The notes under the pieces: model-generated
Told to the model about the DNA's origin: nothing
Databases searched by the model: none
What the model saw: only the letters and a program-made list of their open reading frames with translations
Made by a program: the position numbers and the translations under genes
Shown here: positions 30,005 to 43,610 of the stretch, one piece after another
How the letters are laid out: each line of letters starts with the position of its first letter
How positions within the stretch are numbered: position 1 is the first letter of the stretch
NCBI GenBank assembly: GCA_964016885.1
Contig: OZ024760.1
Span: forward strand, 18,414,001 to 18,478,000
Direction of reading: 5' to 3'
DNA length: 64,000 nt
DNA from: Eledone cirrhosa
Lineage: Eukaryota

Positions 30005-30230
30005 ATCCAGGTACCCTCACCTCTAGCATCACCTGACACATCGGTATGGCGAGCTGCCAACGATGACAAGAACTTCGCTGTCAGCGGCCCAGCTCCACCA
30101 AACGTCTCGAACACCACCACAGGCTGGAAAAAAATAGTTATTTGATAGTTCCCAGTATTTTAGGAATTTATTCCGTTCGGCTACAGAAGCAGTGACCCTC
30201 ACATTTACCGCAACATCCATAATGTGGGAG
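30005..30230 (-). mobile_element. CRE-clade non-LTR retrotransposon relic (restriction-like endonuclease C-terminus)
   Basis: Reads ASVAERNKFLKYWELSNNYFF then, after a frameshift, PVVVFETFGGAGP...FL...GD, matching the AExxKxxKY...PxxxETxG pattern. Confidence 0.6.
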
Positions 30231-30722
30231 GGAGCTAAAAAGTCACTGATTGCTGCTTCGATAAGATAAATCTGGGGTTAGTTCCTAATATCTCTTGGGT
30301 TAATTTGAACCCTATTATGCCTCAGTCCAAGAAATAAGTGTGTGTAAGATTTGAACCTACAAACACAGCCTTCACCTCAAGTAAATAGATTTACAAATTG
30401 GTGAAAATAAACAGAAGAAAAATGACAATCATCAAGGGAAGTAACTCTGAATGGAATTCAAGGGAGTTAATTCAGGTATGACAAGTTCTTTTTGTTTTTG
30501 TTATTTGTTATTCTATCTTTCGTTAGACGGTCTGAGAGAATTTGACAATAAAAGAACAACCATTGGCCTAAATGTTCCGGGCCTGCGATTCGATCTGCAG
30601 CCACTTACACTGCTTATATCTTCGCTTTCCCACAAATCCACTATATTATTACATAAATCTTGTATTTTTATTGTTTGGTCGAAACACACACACGTATGTA
30701 TGTGTGTGTGTGTATATATATA

Positions 30723-30909
30723 TAACGAAGAAGTGTGGTAAGGAACCAGGTGGACCATAACGGACCAGAGTACTCAATACTTAGGGTAGTAGAGTGGGTA
30801 ATAGGAAAAGAGTCAGGACCCCGACGGCTGAGTTCCGGCCGTTTCGACAGCCGGATCTGGCTGTCGAAACGGCCGGAACTCAGCCGTCGGGGTCCTGACT
30901 CTTTTCCTA
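30723..30909 (-). mobile_element. Family A (TA)n-embedded asymmetric palindrome, Penelope-like derivative
   Basis: Arms of ~52 bp around ~30855, each carrying only the 3' half of a hammerhead (GAAACGGC...GCCGTC). Other copies at 1360-1511, 52073-52268 and 56342-56480; fragments at 1133-1185, 32170-32240 and 44810-44860. Confidence 0.7.
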
Positions 30910-31995
30910 TATATATATGATACAACCAAGGTTTAAGGGAATCATACCATTTTGATTTGCGTACTTTTTACCCGACATAGAAACTAGCCCGAGATAGGGG
31001 GAATTAAAACACGTTTCTATCATTTTATTGTTTCTACTTTTGGCACAAGGCCAGCAATTATCCCAGTACATTACTGGTACTTTATTTTATCGACCCCCGT
31101 AAGGATGAAAGGCAAAGTTAACCTGGACGGGATTTGAACTCAGACCGTAAAGGAACGTAACTATGCTGGAAAGCAAGGCGTTCGACCCTCTACCGATACT
31201 GCCAATACACCGCCATTCTATCAATTAAATATTTAATTACTATCAGTGTGTGGGTGTATATATGTGTGTGTGAGAGAGAGAGAGAGTCTCGGGTTGAGTC
31301 GGGGATAACCCCAGTAAGTAAGGTACTCAATACATTAGTAGAGTGGAAACATCAAGTTTAATATAGAAATGGCTTCTACAGGACTAGAGAACTACTTCAT
31401 TCAAAAGAAATCAGCAGGTAAGCTTCCCTGATGATTTCTTTTGAATGAAATAGTTCTAGTCCTGTAGAAGCCATTTATTTCAATATTAAACTTGATATAT
31501 GTATATATATAGTGTTATACTTGGGGAGGGTCATATTTGCGTAATATTGCCAGAATTAATAACAGAACACACTCACTGTTTGGTTGGTTTTCGCTTCTCG
31601 CTGTCTTTTATATCTGCGATCTAACTTATATATACTAATAAAAGATCGGAGGCCATATTCAGTTGATTCTGGTTTATTTAAACTCCATTATACATATTTC
31701 ACTTAGGACTATTCAATTATGATAATCTGAGCTCTTCAGAGGGCAAAACATAAAATAAACATTGAAATTTCCTAAGAAACCTTTAAAATTTGGGAAAAAC
31801 TTGAAAAACTTTAACTTTGATCATTTTCGGCCAGTGTTGGCCAAGGCCATGTCTATCTTATAACTTAAGCCAAAATCTCAATTTGGGGAAATAAAAGCTC
31901 AACCGGCGAAAATACGTCGGTTTTACTTACATATAAATATATATATACAAACGGATGAACACGATTCAACTGGATAGAGGAAAGAAAGTTCAACG

Positions 31996-32044
<49 letters not shown>

Positions 32045-32643
32045 TATTTAGAAGGAACAAGGGGCTGTGTGGTTACTTGATAAAGTGTATTTAGAAATAA
32101 AAGGAAAGCACAAACAAGGGACAGGTCCCCCTCTTCAGTTGTCTGTTGGGGGGGTCTTGGACATTTCAATGCTACAACTACCTTAAGTATTGAGTACTCT
32201 GATACGTTTTGGTCAATCTTACCACACTTTCTTTGTTATATATATATATATATATATATATTATTATTACTATATATTATTTATTATTATTACTATATAT
32301 ATATATATATATCATCACCGTTTTACATCTATTCTACCACGCTAGCATGGGTTAGACTGGTTGTCCTGTTGTGGGCAGTAGCCAGTCGGCTGGCCTTGTC
32401 TTGCTCATACAGGAACTGATTCTGGCTTGATTTCTACAGCTGGATGCTTTTTTTTGCCGTGGCACCTCCACAACCACTTTGCAGTGGGAGGGTGTGGTGG
32501 CATATTGTCTATATGCTTCAGCTTCGGCTTGTACCCGTGGGGGGTCGGGTCTTCTGTATTACTGCATGACGCCAGAGGTCATGGTCGTGTCATCGCCCTT
32601 GAGAAGTGCAATATATATATATATATTATAATAATAATAATAT

Positions 32644-32923
32644 TACAAGGACAAATGGTTACTCCTTCATTACGTTTATTGGTTGGTGACGCGCGTTTCG
32701 CTATTGATCAGCTCAATCGATCTAGCCCGACTCTGAAATCGATGGCTCGTCAGACCTCTGTGGAAGTAATGTCATTACCAACCAATAAACGTAATGAAGC
32801 AGTAACCATTCGTCCTTGTTTTATATTACACTCTGTCCAGCTCTACACCTCGATACTGATGTTAACCTAAACATCGAGTGCTCACCCGGGTGAACCTACA
32901 GTAACTCCAAGTTACACTCCCTG
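32644..32923 (+). mobile_element. Family D palindromic element
   Basis: Arms acaaggac...ggttggt / accaacc...gtccttgt plus tail. Copies at 24701-24840, 39094-39232 and 62656-62792. Confidence 0.7.
32685..32756 (-). ncRNA. Type I hammerhead ribozyme (family D) with extended stem II
   Basis: Minus strand: ggt-CTGACGA-gccatcgat...atcaatagc-GAAAC-GCGC-GTC-acc. Palindromic stem III ACGCGCGT. Confidence 0.8.
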
Positions 32924-32935
32924 TATATATATATG

Positions 32936-32968
<33 letters not shown>

Positions 32969-33314
32969 GTATATACACAGTTCAAGAGTAACCAATCTTA
33001 AAGAGAGAGATGGAGATAGTAGAGGAGATATGAGAGGAGAGATTGGTGAGTTAGTTAGAAGCCAAAGCGTAAAGGCATGTGCTCAATGTGCAATATGCAG
33101 TAGAAAGCAGCTAGGTGGCTGGGTTCATGCAGAAGTTAGGTGCACAGAGCTGGAAATATTCATTAGTTAAGCAAAACAAGACCACAAATATCACAAGGAA
33201 GACATTATATTATTATTATTATTCTCTACATTCCTTACATCAAACTAAAATATGTTGACAATCTTTTAATAATGTCTTCCTTGTGAAATTTGTGGTCTTG
33301 TTTGGCTTAACTAA

Positions 33315-33364
<50 letters not shown>

Positions 33365-33365
<1 letters not shown>

Positions 33366-33790
33366 GTTATTCCGGGTTGAATCGGAGGTAACCACAGTAA
33401 GTAAGGTACTCAATACATAGCAGAGTATAACAGTTTTAATATAGATGAGATTCTACAGGACTAGAACTGTTTCATTCATTAGAAATCATCAGGAATCTGG
33501 GTATCAAAAAATAAATATGGTATTTATAGGTCTCTACAAGTGGTAGGAGAGGGTGGGGAGTGGGATGGGTGCAGGTCATTGGTTGATAGAGAAGGGAATT
33601 CATTAAAAGCTAATTCTACATAGCTATAGTTAATTTATATTTATTTATGTTTTTAGAGACCTATATTTATATTTATTTATGCTTGTAGAGACCTATAAAT
33701 ACCATATTTATTTTTTGATACCCAGATTCCTGATGATTTCTAATGAATGAAACAGTTCTAGTCCTGTAGAATCTCATCTATATTAAAACT
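33365..33790 (-). mobile_element. Family B (TA)n-embedded palindromic element
   Basis: Inverted arms ~33432-33540 and ~33683-33790, plus a unique tail. Copies at 9025-9430, 20466-20637, 31290-31496, 52651-52808 and 61577-61770. Confidence 0.75.
33724..33774 (+). ncRNA. Type I hammerhead ribozyme (family B); mirror copy at 33448-33498 (-)
   Basis: agattc-CTGATGA-tttc(taat)gaat-GAAACAG(ttctagtc)CTGTA-gaatct. Confidence 0.82.
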
Positions 33791-34319
33791 ATATATATAT
33801 ATATATATATATATATCATCATCATTATCATCATCATCATCGTTTAACGTCCATCTTCCAAGCAAGCATGGGTTTAGACGGGAATTGTCCCACTTGAGGC
33901 AAGTTTGGTCGTCTCGCTCGTATGGGACTGTGTGGACTGTGGGTTTTTTAGTCGTGACACCTACACGACCTCATTTATTTAGGACTGGATGTTGTGCTAC
34001 CAACATAACTTTACAGAGAAAGGTGTGGGGGGTAGTGGGAGGGGTGTGTATATTTGATTAAGAGGTGCCTACTGACTAGGTTTGGCTTTGTACTTAGGCA
34101 AGGTGGGTTTTCTATATATATATATATATACACACACATATATACATACATGTAGAAGAAAAACTGACTTCAACTGGCTTTTCTGATCTAAAGTCATTAA
34201 CTTTGGCAGATGTATTGTCACAGAATATGTTGAGATAAAGATGGGGTCTAGCGTGACTATCACTACTAATGAGGCTAAAAATGTATGTTTTTACCTGTAA
34301 TTTCTCCCAGAAAAGAACA

Positions 34320-35040
34320 TGGAGGTGATGGTAATGGTGGTGGTGGTGGTGGTGGTGTAATTAGTGATGATGATGGTGGTAGTAGTGGTGGAGGTGGTGG
34401 TGGTGGTAGTGATAATAGTGGTGGTGGTGGTGGAGGTGGTGTGATGGTGGTGTGTAATGGTGGTGGTGTAGGTAGTGATGATGGTGGTGGTGGTGGTGGT
34501 GGTGTAATTAGTGATGATGATGGTGGTAGTAGTGGTGGAGGTGGTGGTGGTGGTGGTAGTGATAATAGTGGTGGTGGTGGTGGAGGTGGTGTGATGGTGG
34601 TGTGTAATGGTGGTGGTGTAGGTAGTGATGATGGTGGTGGTGGTGGTGTAATTAGTGATGATGATGGTGGTAGTAGTGGTGGAGGTGGTGGTGGTGGTAG
34701 TGATAATAGTGGTGGTGGTGGTGGAAGTGGTGTGATGGTGGTGTGTAATGGTGGTGGTGTAGGTAGTGATGATGGTGGTGGTGGTGGTGGTGGTGTAATT
34801 AGTGATGATGATGGTGGTAGTAGTGGTGGAGGTGGTGGTGGTGGTGATAATAGTGGTGGTGGTGGTGTAGGTAGTGATGATGGTGGTGGTGCGTAGTGGT
34901 GGTGGTAGTGGTGTGGTGGTAGTAGTGGTGGAGGTGGTGGTGGTGGAGGTGGAAGTGGTGTGATGGTGGTGTGTAATGGTGGTGGTGTAGGTAGTGATGA
35001 TGGTGGTGGTGGTAGTGGTGTGGTGGTGGTAGTGGTGGAG
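34320..35040. repeat. (GGT)n tract with ~147-bp higher-order repeat
   Basis: gtaattagtgatgatgatggtggtagtagtggtggagg recurs at ~34356, 34504, 34648 and 34795. Confidence 0.85.
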
Positions 35041-35223
35041 GAGACACCGGTCATGTTGTTGTTGCTAGTGATGGTGATGGTGGTAATGGTAGTGACATTG
35101 GTGGTATTTATCAGGAAATGGTGTAACACGTTCTATGAGGTTACTCCTTATATATATACATGAAGATGAATATATATACACATATATATATATATAATAC
35201 TCTCTTATATATATATATATAAT

Positions 35224-35288
<65 letters not shown>

Positions 35289-37559
35289 GTTTCTATGTAC
35301 ATATATATATATTGCTGTGGTTCATCTCAGAGGTAAGAGATAAATGTAGTTTGTGAGAGGAAAACAACACACAACACACTCGCAGCCATAGAAACACCTA
35401 AACTGACTCACAACATATATATATATACACAAGAATATACACACGAAGACACCACAACATATATACATACATATACATACACACATACACACACACACAC
35501 ACAGGCAGAGGCACAACTCACGTTGGGTCTCCATTACCCCCAATAAAACTATAAAGACCTGTAAAATCTTCAGCCACAGAAACCACTTCTCTTACACAAA
35601 CGAGGATGATGTTGTTGCTGCTGTTGATGTTGAGAGAGATAATGATGAAGAATAAGGTGATGATGATGATGATGATGAAATGTTGGGGTTAGTATATGAA
35701 TAATATTTAGTAACTTCTAGTAACTTTAGTACATTAGTATCTACATTGGTACTGAAACTGTTCGTCAGAAATACTGAGAGAAAGGTTGTTATTTAAGATA
35801 CAACGGACCAGACCAGACCAGGGCAGGGCAGGGCAGGGCAGGGCAGGGCAGGGCAAGGCAGAGAGTATTGCAGTCAGTGAAGGGATTACTGTTATACATT
35901 AAAGGTAAGTCTCTATATATATTCTCTCTCTCTCTCTTTATATATATATATATATATACAGACACATACAAATATATATACTTAAACACACACACACACA
36001 CATATATATATGCATTATATATATATATATACGGGCACACGCTTACAAGTGTGTATGTATATCTATATATTCTCACTCTCTATATATATATATATGTATA
36101 TATACACATACACACATACAAGTATATTTATTTAAACACACACACATATATGGATATATTATATATATATATGTATATATATATATAGTAATAATAATAA
36201 ATTTGAAGACTAAAATCCAAAGAGGGCTCGATAAGGATAAATAAACTTTAATCTGTTATTTTAATAAATATATATATATATATATATATATATGCATATA
36301 TGTGTGTGTTTTTAAATATATATATATACACACACAAGTGAATATGTATATGTATACACATACAAGGTAGGTCTCTATATATTCTCTCTCTCTCTCTATC
36401 CCTCTCTCTCTCATCATCATCATAGCAAGGACTGGATGTGTCTACATAGAGCATGTCAGGACATCGATGTCCCAGACGGGCCAAGGAGGTCTGTATCCCA
36501 CTTAAGTTTAGTCAGATTTAGATTCCATGCAGCCCTAACTTATATTAAACTTGGTGGTGCTTTTCTTAAAAGTAAGGAGGTAATGGCGGTGCCTTTCCAT
36601 CTTGATCAGAGAAACAAAAATAGTCATTAAGAAGGTCACAAAATGTGTGGCAAAGAACTTTGATAATTAAATGTAACGATTAAACAAACATCTGCTGAAT
36701 AACCTAAGAAATGGATTAGTTACTAACAAATGATAAACCGAAGTACATATTTATATATATCATCATCATCATTTTATGTCCGCTTTTCCCTTCTTGCAAG
36801 GGTGGGACAGGTTCTATTCAGCACAGCATCTCTCCATTTGTCACGGTCCTTCATCATCTCCTCCATGAGCTTCAGTGATCTAAGGTCTGCTCTCACCACC
36901 TCCGCCCATGTTTTTCGTGGTCCTCCTCTACTGCATCTTCCTTCTACTGGGATCTCTTGGCACTTCTTTACCCAGCGGTCATCCTCCATGTGCATCACAT
37001 GTCCATACCATCGCAGTCTTCTCTCCCTCACACTATAACTTATCCCTCTTATACACAGTTTGTCTCTCAACTCGTCTATGCTTGTTGGTCATTCACGCAC
37101 ATTGACATTGCCTCTATATATATATATATATAAAATAACAGATTAAAGTTTATTTATCCTTATCGAGCCCTCTTTGGATTTTAGTCTTCAAAGCTGAAGC
37201 ATATAGACAATATGCCCCCCCCCCCCACCACCACCACCACCACTGTAAAGTGGGCATGTAGGCGCCACGAAAAAAGCACCCAGCACTCACTGTAAATGAG
37301 GTTGGTGTTAGGAAGGGCATCCAGCTGTAGAAATCAAGCCAAATCAGTTCCTGCATGAGCAAGGCATAGTCAGCCGACCAGACACTGCCCACAACAGGAC
37401 AACTCGTCTAACCCATGCTAGCGTGGAAGAACGGACGTAAAACGGTGATGATATATAAATATACATATAATGATGATAAGAATGATGATGATAAATAAAT
37501 ACAATTATGTTCATATTTCCTAAACCTCTATATTTATTGATCTCAACTGTAGTTGCAAG

Positions 37560-37690
37560 ATGGGTGACAATTTTGGATATATTGAGGACCCTTCAGATTT
37601 CAGCAATGAGAAGACCTCGAATACTGAAGAAGTCGAGAGTGGAGAAGTGAAAAAAAGGTTTTCCATCATTGCCTACATTTCATATGAAGG
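37560..37690 (+). CDS. SLC16/MCT-like transporter, probable coding exon 1 (MGDNFGYIEDP...SYEG)
   Basis: Acceptor ctgtag at 37552, ATG at 37560, donor gg|gtaagt. Phase 2 joins in frame to the exon at 45019. Acidic N-terminal tail. Confidence 0.7.
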
Positions 37691-37919
37691 GTAAGTGTCT
37701 TTAACCCTTTAGCATTTTAAACTGGCCATATCCGACCAGTGTGTTGTACGAGAAAGCCTTTTTTTCTCTTTTCTTTTGCTGCAGGATATGCAGAAAGGAA
37801 TATAAGTCCTTGGCAGGGTTAAAAGGTCATGTCCATGCCACCCATGTATGAGAAAAAAGTCAAGGGATGACAATTCTCAAAACTGAGATACAGCCATTAT
37901 CTATGTGTGTGTATTGACA

Positions 37920-38140
37920 GGGCAGCGGATTGGCAGTATCGGTAGAGGGTTGGACGCCATGCTTTGCAGCATAGAGTTACGGCCCTTTGTGGTCTGAGTT
38001 CAAATCCCGCCGAGGTTAACTTTGCCTTTCATCCTTACGGGGTCGATAAAATAAAGTACCAGTAACATACTGGGGTCAATTTAATTGACATTCCTCTCCC
38101 CCCCAAAATTACTAGCCTTGTGCCTATACTAGAAATAATT
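37920..38140 (+). mobile_element. CORE-type tRNA SINE (octopus OR-like), representative of more than 20 copies or fragments
   Basis: Head ggattggcagtatcggtagag...gagttcaaatccc; body ttgcctttcatcc...gtcgataaaataaagtaccagt. Copies e.g. 364-650(-), 21320-21520, 22100-22960, 28160-28695, 31025-31215(-), 38770-39080(-), 41010-41165, 45265-45750, 50365-50700, 53810-54030 and 60495-60670(-). Confidence 0.8.
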
Positions 38141-38373
38141 CTATATACACCAGCTCCTGCAATTTTTACCATTCTACAAAAGACATTTCAATTTAATAAA
38201 TAAAAAAAATTCAAAATTCTCCTTTTTTATTAACTTTTAAACTTTATATTAATTTTCTTTTTTTCAATTCTGAATTATAACAATGGTAGTATGTGGTGCA
38301 GACACCTACAAATTTATCAGATCGTGGAAGAAAAAAGAAGCATAAAAAGGTGTTTATTATTCAAATAAAGATT

Positions 38374-38707
38374 GGAGGCACATGGCTTAGTGGTTAGAGC
38401 ATTGGCCTTGCAATCGAAAGGTTGTGAGTTCAATTCTCAGACCGGGTGATGTATTGTTTCCTTGAGCAAGACACTTTATTTCACATTGCTCCAGTTTACT
38501 CAGCTGTAGAAATGAGATGATAGGGACTGGGGGTCCCTATCATTCCACTGTAAAGTGGTCGTGGAGGTGCCATGGCAAAAAAGCACCCAGCACTCACTGT
38601 AAATGAGGTTGGTGTTAGGAAGGGCATCCAGCTGTAGAAATCAAGCCAGTATCAGGTCCCGTCCCACCCTTGCAAGCAGGGAAAAGCGGACGTAAAATGA
38701 TGATGAT
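38374..38707 (+). mobile_element. tRNA SINE with RTE-derived 3' tail; second copy at ~51635-51960 (-)
   Basis: Ends in cccgtcccacccttgcaagcagggaaaagcggacgtaaaa(tga)n, identical to the local RTE 3' ends. Confidence 0.8.
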
Positions 38708-39941
38708 TGTTAGACCCTAGTACTATTAGACACGCAACAACAACAACAACAACACTTAGTATTTATATAATTGTTTCTGCTTTTGGCACAAGGCCAGCAA
38801 TTATCCCCAGTATATTACTGGTACTTTATTTTATCGACCCCGTAAGGATGAAAGGCAAAGTTATCCTCGGCAGGATTTGAGCTCAGATCATAAAGGGCCG
38901 TAACTCTTTGCTGCAAAGCATGGCGCAATAATAATTGTTTCTACTTTTGGCACAAGGCCAGCAATTATCCCCAGTGTATTACTGGTACTTTATTTTATCG
39001 ACCCCGTAAGGATGAAAGGCAAAGTTAACCTCGGCGGGATTTGAACTCAGAATGGAAAGGGCCGTAACTCTATGCTGCATGGCGCAATAATAATAAAAGG
39101 ACGACTTGTTATGTCTTCATTACGTTTATTGAGTAGCGACTCGCGTTTCGATTAGGTTCGATCTGAATAGACTCTGGAATCGCGCGTCACCAATCAATAA
39201 ACGTAATGAAGACATAACAAATCGTCCTTTTATATATATATATATTAAAGGATCGATCGACTTTCGTCAAATCGGACCGAGGAAACAGTGTTTCCGTTGG
39301 TCTTTCCAGTTGCTAGTACTATCTATCGGTCGCAACTCCAGGTTGAAGGAGCAACGTGAAATAAAGTGTCTTCCTCAAGGACATAACGCATCGCCCGGTC
39401 CAGGAATCGAACTCACAACCTCACGATTTCTCTAACCACTCAGCCACACGAATATATATATATATATATGTGTGTGTGTATGTATATACGGGAGAGATGA
39501 CCCCTTAGCCTTTGTCAAGGCTGAATTCTAGGAGAGGGAAAACTCTGATATAACACCTGCAACCCTGATGGTATCCAATGATGTTGACTTGTTCTTCTTT
39601 TTGGTAAATATCATCTTGGTTAAGAGAATGGGACTGGCTTTGTGCAGTGCCTTTGCTCACTATAAAAGCTTCACGGCACAGGCATTGCTTTATATCTGGA
39701 GATCTCTCTGCACTTGTCGTCACATGGTACCATGGGCCCAGCACTATGTGTCAATAATTGTCACAAGTGTAGTGTTTGTACCAGAGTTTTCAAGTCGCTG
39801 GCTGGACTAAAAAGTCACACTTGTTCAGCACATCGGTAGGGGTTCTCCTACATGGATATAAAGTAGTGGCCGTACTTGAAAACGAGTTGGCAGCCACCAT
39901 ATATATATGTATGTATCTATATGTGTGTATGTATATATATG

Positions 39942-40002
<61 letters not shown>

Positions 40003-40013
<11 letters not shown>

Positions 40014-40250
40014 AAGAATCAAAGAACTGTTCAAAACATTATGTTCAAAACATAATGTTTTGAACAGTTCTTTGATTCTTATATTTCATATAACTGCTCT
40101 GTAAATCATCTGATGTTTTTACATTGAGCTACTTAACTTACTGGTAATAAGGTAGTAATACATTACTGCCTACCACTATTTAGGGTGTGTGTAAAATACT
40201 TACAACTGCTTAAGGTTTTGTGTTTACATAACCATAAATAGTATAACTAA
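40003..40250 (+). mobile_element. Family H palindromic element; similar single-copy families at 32980-33320 (I) and 12275-12462 (J)
   Basis: Arms of ~40 bp (40003-40092) plus a tail in (TA)n. I and J have the same layout with degenerate GAAA...UH halves. Confidence 0.6.
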
Positions 40251-40253
40251 TAC

Positions 40254-40290
<37 letters not shown>

Positions 40291-41369
40291 GTATGTATAT
40301 ATATATATGTATGTATATATATATATATATGTATGTATATATATATATATGTGTATGTATATATACATATATTTATATATACATATATTTTATTAAATAA
40401 CAGAATAGAGCGATCGTTATACTGTAACCATCGCTTGAAATCTACATTTTCATATTACAAACACTACCAGGATTGAACACCTGTCTCCATCTCCGTTTCA
40501 TTGTCAAAATACATATTAACATTCTCTATTACTCTTAATTCTATCAACTCTTCAACCATTTAATATAAACTGCTATAGATAAAATGAGATTTCTTAATTC
40601 AATTCCCTAATGCATATACCAGCAGGCTACCAGCATTGTTGTTATACAGTAGCAGTGAAAATCTCCCTCTTCCTTACTTGACACTTTATATCTGTATTAA
40701 TACTACTACACCAAACGACCAGCCCTGTCCATTGTTCAATTGGTCGAACATAGATTAAAATAGGCACTCCCAAAAATTCTTGTTTAGATAAAATAAGCCA
40801 TATACTCATTGTATTCTCATTAAAACCTTCTATATACTTGTTTACCAGCAAATTGAATTGCCATCTGTCATATACTATCCCTTCTTTTCTTCCTTTCTTA
40901 CAACTAATATAAATACTTTGATTTTTCTGATTTTTTTACAATTTATCCAATATCTCTGAAGAAGTGACAACTGATTATACATTTGCTATCGAATACTTGC
41001 TAACATTCGGACGCCATGCTTTAAAGGCATAGTTATGTCCCTTTACGATCTGAGTTCAAATCCCGCCGAGGTTAACTTTGCCTTTCATCCTTACGGGGTC
41101 GATAAAATAAAGTACCAGTAATGCACTGGGTACTTGCTGGCCTTGTGCCAAAAGTAGAAACTATTATATGATTACGCAAGCAGCGATACATAGGTATTCC
41201 GTCTGTTACAGAAACATGTCAATACCTAATAAGTTCCTTTATAAAAGCACTTTCATTTTATATTCATCTTTTATACATATATGTATGTATATATATATAT
41301 ATATGTATGTATATATACATATATGTATGTATATATATATATATGTATGTATATATACATATATGTATG

Positions 41370-41453
<84 letters not shown>

Positions 41454-41461
41454 TATGTATG

Positions 41462-41546
<85 letters not shown>

Positions 41547-41603
41547 GTATGTATATATATATATATGTATGTATATGTATATATATATGTATGTATATAT
41601 ATG

Positions 41604-41637
<34 letters not shown>

Positions 41638-41721
41638 TGTATGTATATATATATATATATATATGTATGTATATATATATATGTATGTATATATACATGT
41701 ATGTATGTATATATACATATG

Positions 41722-41832
<111 letters not shown>

Positions 41833-41855
41833 GTATATATGTGTATATATATATG

Positions 41856-41886
<31 letters not shown>

Positions 41887-41901
41887 GTGTATATATATAT
41901 G

Positions 41902-41987
<86 letters not shown>

Positions 41988-43157
41988 CTACTACAGTCAG
42001 TAGGCATCTCTAACAAAATACACCCCCGTATAGATTTTTTTTGTTTTAATCTGTCAAATAATTGTTTATGATAAGTAGCTAGCTTTGTATGAAAATAGAT
42101 AGCAGTAAATATTTGTCGGAGAGATTGGTTAGAAACTGTAAACAATACACAACACAGCGAATGAAATATGGCATAAGTGAGCGCCCATCTCTCATTTCTC
42201 TCTCCCCTTTCTCTATCTATCTTTCTATATCTACCCATCTATCTCTATCTCTCTCTCTCCTTTATCTATCTCTCTCTTTCTCTCTCCTTTATCTATCTCT
42301 CTCTTTCTCTCTCTCCTTTATCTATCTATCTATATCTACCCATCTCTCTCTCTCTCCTTTAACTATCTATCTATATCTACCCATCTCTCTCTCTCTCCTT
42401 TAACTATCTATCTATATCTACCCATCTATCTCTATCTCTCCTTTATCTATCTCTCTCCTTTATCTATCTCTCTCTTTCTCTCTCTCCTTTATCTATCTAT
42501 CTATATCTACCCATCTCTCTCTCTCTCCTTTAACTATCTATCTATATCTACCCATCTATCTATCTCTCTCTCTCTCTTTCTCTCCTTTATCTATCTATCT
42601 ATCTATACCTACCCATCTCTCTCTCTCTCTCTCCTTTATCTATCTAGCTATCTATACCTACCCATCTCTCTCTCTCTCTCTCTCTCCTTTATCTATCTAT
42701 CTATATCTACCCATCTATCTATATCTACCCATCTATCTCTCTCTCCTTTATCTATCTAACTATATCTATCTATCTATCTCTCCTTTCTCTATCTAACTAT
42801 CTTTCTATCTCTCTCTCTCTATCTTTCTTTCGCTCTATATCTACCTATCCCTATCTATTTATCTATCTCTCTATATCTACCCATCTCTCTCTCTCTATAT
42901 ATATATATATTTCTGTATATCTATCTATCTATCTATATATATATAAAAGCAATGAGTTATTTAATTTGTTGATTATTCAAACAATTTAAAAATTCTCGTT
43001 CCCCTCGTCCCTCACACTCTCTCCCCAGTTTTATTTACTGTGAATTATCTAATAGAAATATCGAAATAACAGGTGTTGCTCTCTTCAAAAAGTCTAGTGT
43101 CCCGTTAGATCTTCAGTGTAGGACTATTTCTCGACTGTAGAGTTCTTATGTTTATTT

Positions 43158-43245
43158 TTGTTAGTGTGTAGGTGACTGCTTGTTAGTGTGTAGGTGACTG
43201 CTTGTTAGTGTGTAGGTGACTGCTTGTTAGTGTGTAGGTGACTGC
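43158..43245. repeat. 22-bp tandem repeat, 4 copies
   Basis: ttgttagtgtgtaggtgactgc. Confidence 0.9.
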
Positions 43246-43494
43246 TTAACGAAACCTATTGCTCAAAAAACTAACTTCTCTAACCTGTTTTTACTTTCTC
43301 TATCTGACACCCTTTATCTCTCCTTCTTAGAACATTATTTTCTAGGAATTGTAATTGTAAATGATATTTAACTAGTATTACTATCTTTTACACTCACATC
43401 TCAAGTAACTTAAATATGAGAATAGACAACGAAACGGAAGACAGAGTTTGCATTGTTGTAAGTAAGAACGAGCTTTGATCGTAAATATACATAT

Positions 43495-43610
<116 letters not shown>

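Noticed and set aside
30801-30909. Rho-independent terminator, MITE TIRs or HDV-like ribozyme in family A
   Set aside because: The arms are internal and asymmetric with a one-sided tail, and I could not build an HDV pseudoknot. The hammerhead 3' half fits better.
32105-32150. Isolated CTGAAGA or CTGATGA motifs (also ~24890, ~43110 and ~44917)
   Set aside because: No correctly placed GAAA / stem III / UH, so they were not counted as ribozymes.
39490-40990. Non-repetitive intronic stretches possibly coding on the minus strand (also 6860-7060 and 19200-19575)
   Set aside because: Multiple stops or no recognisable motif, and no consistent splice pair. Possibly old transposon relics; a BLASTx search would be needed.
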